64,000 bases of DNA from an uncultured Endomicrobiia bacterium (lineage in GTDB: Bacteria; Elusimicrobiota; Endomicrobiia; DTEH01): positions 1,597 through 65,596 of the forward strand of contig CALJEJ010000004.1 of NCBI GenBank assembly GCA_938074745.1. The letters run 5' to 3'. The first letter of the stretch is position 1. Each line of letters opens with the position of its first letter. The translations under genes and the position numbers were made by a program. Positions 20,842-30,454 of this stretch are shown piece by piece. The notes under the pieces are model-generated. The model made no database searches and had not been told where the DNA came from. It saw only the letters and a program-made list of their open reading frames with translations.

Positions 20842-22119
20842 TTATGGATATAACCCACGTAATTTTGTAGCTTCTGCGACACGGCTTACTGCAAGTATCA
20901 TTGCTGCTGTCCTCATATCAACTTTGTAATGTTTCATAACTTCCACAACTTCGTTAAACGCGTTTTCCATAACTTCTTTAAGCCGTTCTTGAACATCTTT
21001 TTCTTTCCAGAAATACGCTTGTAAACTTTGCACCCATTCAAAATATGACACCACAACACCGCCTGCGTTCGCTAAAATGTCAGGGACAACTTTTATTCCT
21101 TTACGGGCTAAGATTTTGTCAGCTTGTGGTGTTGTAGGACCGTTTGCTGCTTCAACAACAATTTTTGATTTTATCCGTGGAGCATTTTGTTGTGTAATTT
21201 GTCCTTCAATTGCTGCAGGAATTAAAATATCACATTTAAGTTCTAACAACTCTTTGTTAGAAATATTTTTTGCAGGTTTATATCCTACAACAGTACCTTT
21301 TTTTTGTGAATAACTATATACTTCAGGGATATTTAACCCGTCTGGGTTATAAATCCCGCCGTGAACATCTGACACTGCGACAATTTTATACCCTAATTCG
21401 TAAAATATTCGTGCAGCGTTGTATCCTACATTGCCAAACCCTTGAATAACAATACTACTTTTTTCAATGTCTATATTATAAAACTCGCATGCTTTTTGAG
21501 TTATATATACTACACCACGACCCGTAGCTTCTGTTCGTCCACGGGAACCGCCTAAACTTAACGGTTTGCCTGTAACAACACCGGGGACTGAATATCCTAC
21601 GTTCATACTAAAAGTATCCATAACCCAAGCCATAGTTTTTGGATTAGTGTTTATATCCGGTGCTGGGATATCTTTTTCTGGACCTATAATTAATCCTATT
21701 TCCGAAATATATCTCCGTGTAATACGTTCAAGTTCTTGTTCAGAAAGTTTCTGAGGGTCACAAACAACACCACCTTTTGCACCACCATACGGTATATTTA
21801 CTACAGCACATTTCCATGTCATCCACATTGCTAACGCTGTAATTTCGTCAAGGTCAACATCAGGATGGTAGCGTATTCCACCTTTTCCGGGACCACGGTC
21901 AAGGTTATGTTGAACCCTATACCCTCTAAAAACACGAATTTTGCCGTTATCCATTTTTATCGGTACAGAGACAATAAGTGTTCGTTTTGGATATTTTAAT
22001 TTTTGTAAAATTCCCTCGTCAAGATGAATAATTTTTGCAGCGGTTTCTAACTGTTGTTGAGCCATTTCTAACGGGTTAACTTTATAATTTTTCTTTTTTT
22101 GCGAAACTGTAAAATTCAT
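20842..22119 (-). CDS. gdhA: Glutamate dehydrogenase (Glu/Leu/Phe/Val dehydrogenase family)
   Basis: GPGKGGIRY, MTWKC, GGAKGG, DIPAPD, TGKP, QGFGNVG, EAANGP, NAGGVVVSYFEW. Confidence 0.93.
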   Translation of the reverse strand: MNFTVSQKKKNYKVNPLEMAQQQLETAAKIIHLDEGILQKLKYPKRTLIVSVPIKMDNGKIRVFRGYRVQHNLDRGPGKGGIRYHPDVDLDEITALAMWMTWKCAVVNIPYGGAKGGVVCDPQKLSEQELERITRRYISEIGLIIGPEKDIPAPDINTNPKTMAWVMDTFSMNVGYSVPGVVTGKPLSLGGSRGRTEATGRGVVYITQKACEFYNIDIEKSSIVIQGFGNVGYNAARIFYELGYKIVAVSDVHGGIYNPDGLNIPEVYSYSQKKGTVVGYKPAKNISNKELLELKCDILIPAAIEGQITQQNAPRIKSKIVVEAANGPTTPQADKILARKGIKVVPDILANAGGVVVSYFEWVQSLQAYFWKEKDVQERLKEVMENAFNEVVEVMKHYKVDMRTAAMILAVSRVAEATKLRGLYP

Positions 22120-22186
22120 AATTATTTCTCCTGTTTTGTTAAGTTCTTACAGAATTAACCGAAGAGTATTTAACTTTTAATAAACT

Positions 22187-23386
22187 TCACCATTGAATTT
22201 TTATTGCCCTCGTAGGACAAATTGAAACACAAAGACCACAAGCATAACATTTTGTTTTGTCTATAACACAAACTTCGTGCAGTTCATCTTTCTTTTTAAA
22301 CGATATTGCTCCGTATACACAAGAAGGTTCACAAGTATGACACCCTTTACACAATTTTTCGTCTACTTTAGAATATCCGCCTTTAGTTTTTACTTTTTGT
22401 CCTTTACCGATTGTTTTTATATACTTCCCACGGATTTCTTTTAACGAACTTACATTATGTTCTTTCATCCAATCAACAATTTCTTTAAGTATCCGTGGAT
22501 AAACTTTTTCACCTTCTAAAATAAATGCAGAACAAATCTGTACTGCAGTAGCGCCTGCCATTATGTGTTCAATCACATCTCTACCGGTAAAAATTCCGCC
22601 AACACCTATCACTGGAATTTTTACATTTCTTGCAATATCAAACACACACCGTACTGCAAGCGGTTTTATTGGCACACCGGAAATCCAGCCATAACCAAAC
22701 TTTGACCCTAACAAAGGTTTACAAGTGTCAATATCAAAATGTAATGTTGGACCGAACGAATTTATTGCTACGATACCGTCACAACCTGCAGATTCTGCTT
22801 CTTTTGCTTGCTGGATTATAGTTTCAGGGTTATGTGGAGAAAGTTTTGCAAACACTGCACCATCAAAATATTTTTTTATTGTTTTTGTTATATTTTTTAT
22901 TAACCCTGGTTGGATATAATGTGTAGAAAACTCAACTGCGTCAATAAACCCTAACCGTGCAATTTTTGGTATAATAATTTTCATATCTTCTGGAGTATAT
23001 CCTACAGAAGCAATCATAGGCAATCCTGTTGTCCGCGCAATATGGTATTCTTTTTCAAGCCATTCTTCCAAAGTTTTTTCTGTCCATAATTCAGTATTAA
23101 GTATCCCCGATTTTGTTTGTAATTCACTTTTAGAAATTCTATACGTGTTACCATTAATTGAAATATACTGGTAAGTGGTCAACATTGCACGGTCTACTAC
23201 CATCATATTAGGTCGTGGGACTGGCGCAGGTTTCACTGAAACTGTTTTACATACAATAGCGCCAACACCAGCGTTAGCTGCTCTTACTAAAGTTTCCCCG
23301 TCCCGTGAGGAAGGGCCTGCTGCTGGCATCAACGGGTTGCTAAGTTTCATTCCTGCAATTGTCACAGACAAATCTATTTCTTTCAT
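22187..23386 (-). CDS. PreA / dihydroorotate-dehydrogenase-like FMN protein with C-terminal 2x[4Fe-4S]
   Basis: NPLMPAAGP, KT, LNTEL, AKLSP, AINS, IGVGGI, AGATAVQIC; two CxxCxxCxxxC motifs. The canonical NLSCP loop reads EFSTHY. Confidence 0.85.
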   Translation of the reverse strand: MKEIDLSVTIAGMKLSNPLMPAAGPSSRDGETLVRAANAGVGAIVCKTVSVKPAPVPRPNMMVVDRAMLTTYQYISINGNTYRISKSELQTKSGILNTELWTEKTLEEWLEKEYHIARTTGLPMIASVGYTPEDMKIIIPKIARLGFIDAVEFSTHYIQPGLIKNITKTIKKYFDGAVFAKLSPHNPETIIQQAKEAESAGCDGIVAINSFGPTLHFDIDTCKPLLGSKFGYGWISGVPIKPLAVRCVFDIARNVKIPVIGVGGIFTGRDVIEHIMAGATAVQICSAFILEGEKVYPRILKEIVDWMKEHNVSSLKEIRGKYIKTIGKGQKVKTKGGYSKVDEKLCKGCHTCEPSCVYGAISFKKKDELHEVCVIDKTKCYACGLCVSICPTRAIKIQW

Positions 23387-23400
23387 AACTTCCCTCCGTT

Positions 23401-24387
23401 TTAATCTATCAAATCAAACTGAGAAAAAGATGAATTTGTAATAAAGTTTGACCATGCGTAACAATAAAACATATTAGAACAGTCAAGTTTGTTTTTTTTA
23501 TGCCACATATCAAAATTGGTAAAAAATTTTTTTAAGGAAGTTGTTTCGCTGGTATTAACAAAATTATAAATTTCGTTATCCCAACGTCTACAAGGGTATA
23601 CTGTACCGTCGGGAAGTATTGCAAACCCGTCTTTACCACAGATACATTCTGCACCGTAAACTTCTATTTTGTTTATATTGAACTTGTCCTTTTGATAATT
23701 TACAAGTTTTATTGCAGGGTATAATTTTAGTTCATCAAAATTAATATTTAACACATTTGCTATCTGAGAATAAAATAACAAAATTTTGTCTATTGTAAGA
23801 ACTTCGTGTTGAACTTTTCTTGCTTCGCCTACAGGGATGAACCGTTCAAAAATTATTTCTTTTACTCCACGAATGAAAAAAAATTTTATAAATGATAAAA
23901 AGTTTTCTGTTAAATACCCGATGTTAGTGTTTAACAAAGTAGTCATTATACCTATATCATAATTTTCAGAGAACCACTCAAGGTTGGTAATAACTTTCTG
24001 GAACACACCTTTACCACGAATAACGTCGTTAAGTTCCTCGTCATTACTTTCAACAGAGATATAAATTTTGCCAAGTTTTGATACATTTTTTAGTTGTTGG
24101 CGAGGGATTACAGTTCCGTTTGTGATAAAATTTATAGTTTCTACAACATCAAATTTGTCAAGATACTCTGCTAACTTATAAACCTCAGGTTTTAAAAACG
24201 GTTCTCCGCCAGTAAGTGTTATGACAAGTTTACATTTAAGCGTAGTGGTTACAAAAAATATAATCTTGTCTGCTACAAGTTTGAGTTTGTCAAACCCAAA
24301 CTCTTTTCTCCACGGTTCACGATAACAATGTAAACATTGTAAATTACATTTTTCAGTAATATGCCACTGAATATGAAACCTATCCAT
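23401..24387 (-). CDS. Radical SAM protein with partial SPASM/twitch domain
   Basis: CNLQCLHC, LTGGEPF, ITNGT, CICG...ILPDGTVYPC. Confidence 0.88.
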   Translation of the reverse strand: MDRFHIQWHITEKCNLQCLHCYREPWRKEFGFDKLKLVADKIIFFVTTTLKCKLVITLTGGEPFLKPEVYKLAEYLDKFDVVETINFITNGTVIPRQQLKNVSKLGKIYISVESNDEELNDVIRGKGVFQKVITNLEWFSENYDIGIMTTLLNTNIGYLTENFLSFIKFFFIRGVKEIIFERFIPVGEARKVQHEVLTIDKILLFYSQIANVLNINFDELKLYPAIKLVNYQKDKFNINKIEVYGAECICGKDGFAILPDGTVYPCRRWDNEIYNFVNTSETTSLKKFFTNFDMWHKKNKLDCSNMFYCYAWSNFITNSSFSQFDLID

Positions 24388-24408
24388 AGTTGAGAATTTA
24401 TAAGTTTT

Positions 24409-26427
24409 TTATTTTATCCGTTTTGACCAATGAACCCATTTACGGCCAGTTGTTGGTATCTTAGGATTCTTCACAACTTTATTTTTCTTTTTTAACTCTT
24501 TAGCAACATCTTGAAGTCCAACACGGATAAGTTCTTCTTCTGACGGCAACCCTGTCTCCCAATCAAATTTACGTATCTCGTAGTATTCTTTCAACATAGG
24601 TTCTAAATTACACACTTGACCTTTAGCAGGACCTGTAGGGATAGGTTCTTGGGTAAACCTTGGATGTAAACTATCATTTTTCTTTGTCCATCCGAGACGA
24701 ATGTTAAACGCACGTCGTAAATCTACAATCCGTGAAGCAAGTTTTTCAAGTTCTTTCGGGTCAGAATATTCTTCAAACCCAGTAAATATTGGAATTATAT
24801 CTAACAAATCGTCAAAATAATACAACGGTGGCCACATAGTACCATATTTGCATAACAACAAAGAATCTACTAAAGAATAAAATTCTTCCATTTCCGACAC
24901 AAGATAGCCTTTATACCGTTCATCTAAACGGTCTGCAAGAATATCAACAAGTTTTTTACCATAGCGTCGTAAAAGTTCTTCTTTATACCCGAGTTCGTCT
25001 AAACTTGACAAACTTGTCAAATGGTCTGCTCCACGAACATTTATTGCATAGGTGAGACCTAAAGATTTATGAGGTCTTGGGTCTTGACCTGACGCTTCAA
25101 GACCGTTAACATGGATTGCGTACTTCCACGCATCGCCACCGAGAACTTCCGCTGCTTTTTTTGAACCTAACTGTAACAACCGAGAAAATTCGTCTTTACC
25201 ATAAACAATGTCTTCTATAAGAGACAACACTGTCTCCATAATTTTTTTAGAATTCTCAGGTTTGTCTACAAACTTTAATTCTCTGTTTCCAGTATCAGAT
25301 TTTTTAAGTAAACCTTTTTCATAACATTCTGCAGCGAACGATATTGTATGCCCAGTTGTTATTGTATCAAGACCATATATGTTACACAGATAATTTGCAC
25401 GAATTAACGCGTCCGTATCAATTGATAAAAAGTTTGAAGTGAACGCTTCCACAGTTTCGTATTCAGGACCTTCAGATTCTGTACCTTTATATTTCCCTTT
25501 ACGAACTTCTGATACATATTTACATTGTATCCCACAACAAAAACATGATTTATGCCGTTTATAATGGTTGTTCTTTAACGGTTGCATACCTATAGTATTT
25601 TCTGCATTTTCAAAATATCCAGTCCAATGGTTCTTTGTTGGCAACCGGCCAATTGCGTTTTCCCAATCAGTTAACGCAAAAGTGCCATAAGTCCTCATTG
25701 CAGAAACATGTTCCCAATATTTACCTTCAGGAGTGTATCGTTTTATCCAATCGTTAAACAATTTATCAAACTTGTCTTTATCAGCGACACCTAACCCTTT
25801 TGTCCCACGAACTGCTATTGCTTTAAGTTTTTTATACCCCATAACACAACCAAGACCACAACGTCCTACAGCACGGTAATAATCGCTCATTATACATGCG
25901 TATCTGACCAAATTTTCTCCTGCAGGACCTATACAGGCAATTTTTACTTGTTTATCACCAACTTCTTTTTCTATTAGAACATTCGTTTCAGGGACTGTCT
26001 TTCCCCAGAGATGTTTTGCTGAACGTAATTGGATAATATCGTTATCTATATAAAGGTAAACAGGTTCTTCAGACTTGCCTTCTATTATAACAAAATCATA
26101 CCCTGCATATTTTAGTTCCGGACCAAAGAACCCGCCTGCTGACGAATGTGCCCACCAACCTGTCAACGGTGACCTTGAGACAACTTCGTACCGTGCAGAT
26201 TGTGGAAAAAGTGTCCCTTGTAACGGTCCTGTCAGAAATATAAGTTTATTCTGTGCAGACAACGGGTCTGTTTTTTCATCTGTTTCATCCCATAAAATTC
26301 GTGCGCCAATACCTACACCACCAATGTATTCTCGTAGAAGTTTTTTAGGTGTAGGTTCTACTTCTATTTTTTTGTTTGTAAGGTTTACTCGGACAAACTT
26401 TCCTGCGTACGAATTTTTTTTATCCAT
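24409..26427 (-). CDS. AOR-family tungstopterin oxidoreductase, large subunit (copy 1)
   Basis: IGGVGIG, SPLTG, IGPAGENLV, KKLKAIAVRG, CFCCGIQC, GPEYE, YGLDTI, RGADH, YYEIRKFD. Confidence 0.93.
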   Translation of the reverse strand: MDKKNSYAGKFVRVNLTNKKIEVEPTPKKLLREYIGGVGIGARILWDETDEKTDPLSAQNKLIFLTGPLQGTLFPQSARYEVVSRSPLTGWWAHSSAGGFFGPELKYAGYDFVIIEGKSEEPVYLYIDNDIIQLRSAKHLWGKTVPETNVLIEKEVGDKQVKIACIGPAGENLVRYACIMSDYYRAVGRCGLGCVMGYKKLKAIAVRGTKGLGVADKDKFDKLFNDWIKRYTPEGKYWEHVSAMRTYGTFALTDWENAIGRLPTKNHWTGYFENAENTIGMQPLKNNHYKRHKSCFCCGIQCKYVSEVRKGKYKGTESEGPEYETVEAFTSNFLSIDTDALIRANYLCNIYGLDTITTGHTISFAAECYEKGLLKKSDTGNRELKFVDKPENSKKIMETVLSLIEDIVYGKDEFSRLLQLGSKKAAEVLGGDAWKYAIHVNGLEASGQDPRPHKSLGLTYAINVRGADHLTSLSSLDELGYKEELLRRYGKKLVDILADRLDERYKGYLVSEMEEFYSLVDSLLLCKYGTMWPPLYYFDDLLDIIPIFTGFEEYSDPKELEKLASRIVDLRRAFNIRLGWTKKNDSLHPRFTQEPIPTGPAKGQVCNLEPMLKEYYEIRKFDWETGLPSEEELIRVGLQDVAKELKKKNKVVKNPKIPTTGRKWVHWSKRIK

Positions 26428-26457
26428 ATTTATTCTCCCGTAGTTAAAAATTTAATA

Positions 26458-26958
26458 TTAACCTACTTGGTGCAAACTTTTCGCTGACAAAATTTCAGTA
26501 AAAAACTTTTCTGCAACAACATATTTTTTCTTAATAGAAATTTTATCTGCATCAATATATTCCAACGCGCCCATAGGACAATAACGAACACATTGTGGTA
26601 CACCTTTACAAAGGTCACACTTTATTGCCACACCTTTGTCAGGGTCAAAATTCATCGCTCCAACAGGACATGCAGAAATGCACATTTTACAACCTATACA
26701 TTTTTGTTCATCTACGATATACGCAAAATATTCTGAATTATAACTGATAGCTTTAGGTTGACATACTTGTTGACACATTGCTTTGTCACATTGTTGACAT
26801 ATGATTGGGATGTCTACACTTTTATCACGTAAAGTAACAATCTGTATTGCAGATTTTGCCGGGTTAAACTCTTGTTGATGCCGCCATGAACATACAACTT
26901 CGCACATTCTACAACCAGAACATTTTTCATAATTTACTACTAAAACTTTTTTTGCCAT
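26458..26958 (-). CDS. 4x[4Fe-4S] electron-transfer subunit (DmsB/HycB-like)
   Basis: CSGCRMCEVVC, CQQCDKAMCQQVC, CIGCKMCISACP, KCDLC..PQCVRYCP. Confidence 0.92.
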   Translation of the reverse strand: MAKKVLVVNYEKCSGCRMCEVVCSWRHQQEFNPAKSAIQIVTLRDKSVDIPIICQQCDKAMCQQVCQPKAISYNSEYFAYIVDEQKCIGCKMCISACPVGAMNFDPDKGVAIKCDLCKGVPQCVRYCPMGALEYIDADKISIKKKYVVAEKFFTEILSAKSLHQVG

Positions 26959-26993
26959 TTTATTCCTCCATTATAAAAGGTAAAATTATACGG

Positions 26994-27497
26994 TTAATGT
27001 TTCAACTTTTTATCTTCTGTAAGTTCTGTAAGTTCTAACAGTTGTTTATAAAACTTTTCTTTTTGTTCTTTCATAAACTCTTCTTTAGTCATTCCAACTT
27101 TGTTTATTACATCTTCGGAAACATATATTTCTGCATCAGTTCTAACTGCTAACGCAACTGCATCTGAAGGTCGGCTGTCTATAACATACTTGTTATCTTT
27201 ATAAGACAAATGTATCTGAGCATAGTATGTGTTATCTTTCACTTCCGAAATAACAATATAATCAACTTTGGCACCTAATGTTTCAATACAATTTCGTAAC
27301 AAATCGTGTGTTAACGGTCGTGGGAAAAACATATTCCGCAGTTTAAACAAAATAGCCTGCGCTTCAAATATTCCTATCCAGATAGGTATTATTCTTGCTG
27401 ATTTTTCCTGTGACGGTTCAACAACTTCTTCAAGCAACATTATCCCCATTTGTGAAATATCGTCAAAAATTAAGTCAACAAGTTTTAGTTTTATCAT
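26994..27497 (-). CDS. Bifunctional nuclease family protein (DUF151)
   Basis: IPIWIG..EA, RPLTHDLL, YYAQI, IDSRPSDAVALA. Confidence 0.92.
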   Translation of the reverse strand: MIKLKLVDLIFDDISQMGIMLLEEVVEPSQEKSARIIPIWIGIFEAQAILFKLRNMFFPRPLTHDLLRNCIETLGAKVDYIVISEVKDNTYYAQIHLSYKDNKYVIDSRPSDAVALAVRTDAEIYVSEDVINKVGMTKEEFMKEQKEKFYKQLLELTELTEDKKLKH

Positions 27498-27515
27498 TGT
27501 AGTTCTCCTATAAAA

Positions 27516-27995
27516 TTAGATTCTTTTCTCAGAAATAATCGTGGATAAAACATTCCTTGCTGTAAGTTTACGTTTATGTATACTATTTTGTTGTGGTTCT
27601 TTATATTCCAGAGCGCCCGTGGGACAAAATTTTGCGCATACAGGGTCGCCTGAACATAGGTCGCATTTCAAAATCTTACCTTTTTTTGAAGAATACACTA
27701 TTGTACCAAACGGACATACTATTGTACATAACCTACATCCGATACATTTTTCATAATCTATCACCACAGCATCGTTGTCATCACGTAACAACGCTCCCGT
27801 AGGACACGAGTTTATACACGGCGCATCTTCACAATGAAAACATACTACAGGAACTGACACTCCTTCATCCCAGTCGTAAAACACATTTATCCGTGATAAT
27901 GACGGTTGAAGAGTTTTCTCTTTGTTGAACACGCAGGCAAGTTCACAATATCTACACCCACTACATTTTTTTGCATCTATAAGTAATTTTTTCAT
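27516..27995 (-). CDS. 4x[4Fe-4S] electron-transfer subunit
   Basis: CSGCRYCELAC, CFHCEDAPCINSCP, CIGCRLCTIVCP, KCDLC..PVCAKFCP. Confidence 0.92.
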   Translation of the reverse strand: MKKLLIDAKKCSGCRYCELACVFNKEKTLQPSLSRINVFYDWDEGVSVPVVCFHCEDAPCINSCPTGALLRDDNDAVVIDYEKCIGCRLCTIVCPFGTIVYSSKKGKILKCDLCSGDPVCAKFCPTGALEYKEPQQNSIHKRKLTARNVLSTIISEKRI

Positions 27996-28061
27996 ATATT
28001 TACCTCTTTAACATTTTTTTATGTCGCTAAAAAATATTTTAGTTTTCATCTTACAGAATTT

Positions 28062-28472
28062 TTACCAATTACATATCCTCACACCATCTATATCTGTATG
28101 AGTACACGCTATAGTAACCATTCCTTTATTGTAATCATAATACCATTTTCCTACATCAAGTTGGTTATCATAAGGTAAAGAACTTATTATAACATCAAAA
28201 GATGGAATATGATATTTTACGTTTAACAACGGAATTCAGTTTATATATCCTGAAGTAACAAGTTGGTATAATGTTTGAGGATATTCTCCATTAGTAGTAT
28301 AATATAACCAAACAGCACGTTGTAACGTTGCTAAATTAGATTTTGCAACAGCAAAAATTGTCCTATCTGTTACGTGTTGGAATAGACTTATTATCAAAGT
28401 TGACAATATACCAATAATTATTACAATTAAAAACAGTTCTACAAGTGTGAATCCTTTAGAATTTTTATTCAT
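28062..28472 (-). pseudogene. Type IV pilin / pseudopilin-like gene interrupted by an in-frame TGA at 28236-28238
   Basis: Prepilin motif KG|FTLVEL plus hydrophobic helix. The same frame continues past the TGA as IPLLNVKYH...GKWYYDYNKGMVTIACTHTDIDGVRICNW to TAA at 28062. Confidence 0.7.
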
Positions 28473-28484
28473 CTGTTGTTAATA

Positions 28485-28702
28485 TTAAAACAATATACGG
28501 GTTATACGATAATACTGAATCACAAAATTAAATATCAACCCTAATAAAATAATTAAAAAAATAATCATTAACCCGTGAGTAACCATCCTTGACTTATTTT
28601 TTGTCAACCCTTTTTTCTTGCATTGTAGATACCTATGAACTCATAAACTGCTAACACAAGAGTAGAAATTATAAGAAGCACTATAAGTATTGTTTGTTTC
28701 AT
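28485..28702 (-). pseudogene. Small two-helix membrane protein gene split by a -1 frameshift
   Basis: Strong SD AGAGGAG. Frame 0 gives MKQTILIVLLIISTLVLAVYEFIGIYNARKKG*; the -1 frame continues LTKNKSRMVTHGLMIIFLIILLGLIFNFVIQYYRITRILF*. Confidence 0.55.
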
Positions 28703-28723
28703 TTTATCTCCTCTTTATAAAAA

Positions 28724-29995
28724 TTAAAACAGTTCAAGTTGGTTGCTGGGTTTAGAGACAGTTTCTTGACTGGTAATATTAGCATTGTCCCAACGAATAT
28801 TTATTTTTCCATACTCGCCATCATAACCAGGGAAAATATCTACTTCACCATTTCTTACTTTCATTATACCTTCAACAATTCGTGGGTTTATTTTTTTCCT
28901 AAGTTCTTCTTCGTTAAGAGATAACAAAACTTCAAACTCAGCTGCAACCTGTGTAGTTATGTATATATATTCGTTTAATATTCTCTGTGTACCTTTACCT
29001 AAGTTTAATGCATCTGCTATAATTTCCATTAACGGGATAACACTTTTATACGGAATAACATTCTGAGGAACAATTTCTGTTTCTTGACGGTCTGCAAGTT
29101 CCTCTACACGGTTCAACACTCCTACAGTAACCTTTCTACCACATACAGGACAAATACCTTTGTATTTCTTAGTTTCTTGTGGTGACCAACAAATTTTACA
29201 TTCTCTATGTCCATCGTAATGATATTTTCCTTCTTCAGGGTAAAATTCTATTGTGTATAAAAATTTCTTTTTATCTTTAGTAGTGATAATTCTTACAATT
29301 TCACTATAAATATCTTCTACATTATCATCTATATCAAACACATTAGCTTCACGACCTAAATTTTGTGGCGAGTGTGCGTCAGAATTAGAAATTAAAGTAA
29401 TATTGTCCAGTTTAGACAACCGCCAGTTCATTTTAGGGTCTGAAGACAATCCTGTCTCAATACTTTTTATATATTTTGCATACTTGCCAAAACATTCTTC
29501 AATAGAATCAAACCCGCTTAATGAACCAAAAATAGAAAAATGTGGTGTCCAAGCATGTGCCGGAACTATTAAGGAATTTTCAGAAACAGAATTTACAAGT
29601 TCTACAAGGTCTATACAATCTATTGAAACCACAGGACGGCCGTCGGAAACTAACTCGCCATACGGTTGTAATAATTTATTAAATTTTTCTACTGAATTAA
29701 AATCAGGTAAAAATATGATATTATGAACACGATAAGTTTTACCTTTACGAGAAAAAATATTACTTATTTCTCCCGTAAGGATAAATTTTACTCCGTCATA
29801 TTCAAAAGTATGTTTTGAAATTTGTTTTAGATACTTTTTTAATTCTTGTAACCAACCGGGATGTGTAAAATCTCCCGTGCCTAAAAGTTTGATATTTTTT
29901 AACTTTGCCCAGTGGACAAGTTCCGGAATAGACATGTCTTTAGAAGTAGCGCGGGAATATTTTGAATGGATGTGTAGGTCAGCAATAATTTTCAT
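28724..29995 (-). CDS. Endonuclease Q family protein (PHP domain plus zinc finger)
   Basis: ADLHIHSKYSRATS, GTGDFTHP, PAHAWTP, IETGLS, SNSDAHS, GKYHYDGHREC, CPVCG, PGYDGEYG. Confidence 0.9.
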   Translation of the reverse strand: MKIIADLHIHSKYSRATSKDMSIPELVHWAKLKNIKLLGTGDFTHPGWLQELKKYLKQISKHTFEYDGVKFILTGEISNIFSRKGKTYRVHNIIFLPDFNSVEKFNKLLQPYGELVSDGRPVVSIDCIDLVELVNSVSENSLIVPAHAWTPHFSIFGSLSGFDSIEECFGKYAKYIKSIETGLSSDPKMNWRLSKLDNITLISNSDAHSPQNLGREANVFDIDDNVEDIYSEIVRIITTKDKKKFLYTIEFYPEEGKYHYDGHRECKICWSPQETKKYKGICPVCGRKVTVGVLNRVEELADRQETEIVPQNVIPYKSVIPLMEIIADALNLGKGTQRILNEYIYITTQVAAEFEVLLSLNEEELRKKINPRIVEGIMKVRNGEVDIFPGYDGEYGKINIRWDNANITSQETVSKPSNQLELF

Positions 29996-30090
29996 AACTT
30001 TAAAATTGTGCCAGTTTTTTACTTTACGAAATTTTATACTTTGTTATCAATATTGTTTAATAGATTACCTCAAAAAATTATACAAACTCT

Positions 30091-30447
30091 TTATTTTTCT
30101 AAAAATATCATCTTTATTGCAACAAGAATTAAAAATAAACCAAAAATTTTTTTTAATAATGTAGCAGGTATTTTATGTGCAATTTCAGCACCTAAATACG
30201 CACCTATTAAAAATCCGACAGATATTAAAAGACCTTCTTTTATAAACAAATTGCCTTCAAGGTAGTATTTCACTGCTGCAAGCAAACCTACAGGTAAGGA
30301 TACAAGAACTAAACTTATTCCTTGTGCTTGATGTTGAGTAAACCCAAACAAATATACAAGTGCTGGGATAACAACTGTACCACCACCTAAACCTAATATA
30401 CCACCAACAACACCTGAAATAATCCCTAAAAGAATGTAATATTGCAT
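30091..30447 (-). CDS. Sulfite exporter TauE/SafE family protein (half-size)
   Basis: GVVGGILGLGGGTVVIPAL, QHQAQGISL, GAYLGA; four hydrophobic segments. Confidence 0.88.
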   Translation of the reverse strand: MQYYILLGIISGVVGGILGLGGGTVVIPALVYLFGFTQHQAQGISLVLVSLPVGLLAAVKYYLEGNLFIKEGLLISVGFLIGAYLGAEIAHKIPATLLKKIFGLFLILVAIKMIFLEK

Positions 30448-30454
30448 AGCGTGT

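Noticed and set aside
28236..28238. TGA as selenocysteine or an alternative genetic code
   Set aside because: TGA ends several conserved genes at their expected C-termini and Trp is encoded by TGG. The site is not a Cys/redox motif and no clear SECIS hairpin follows.
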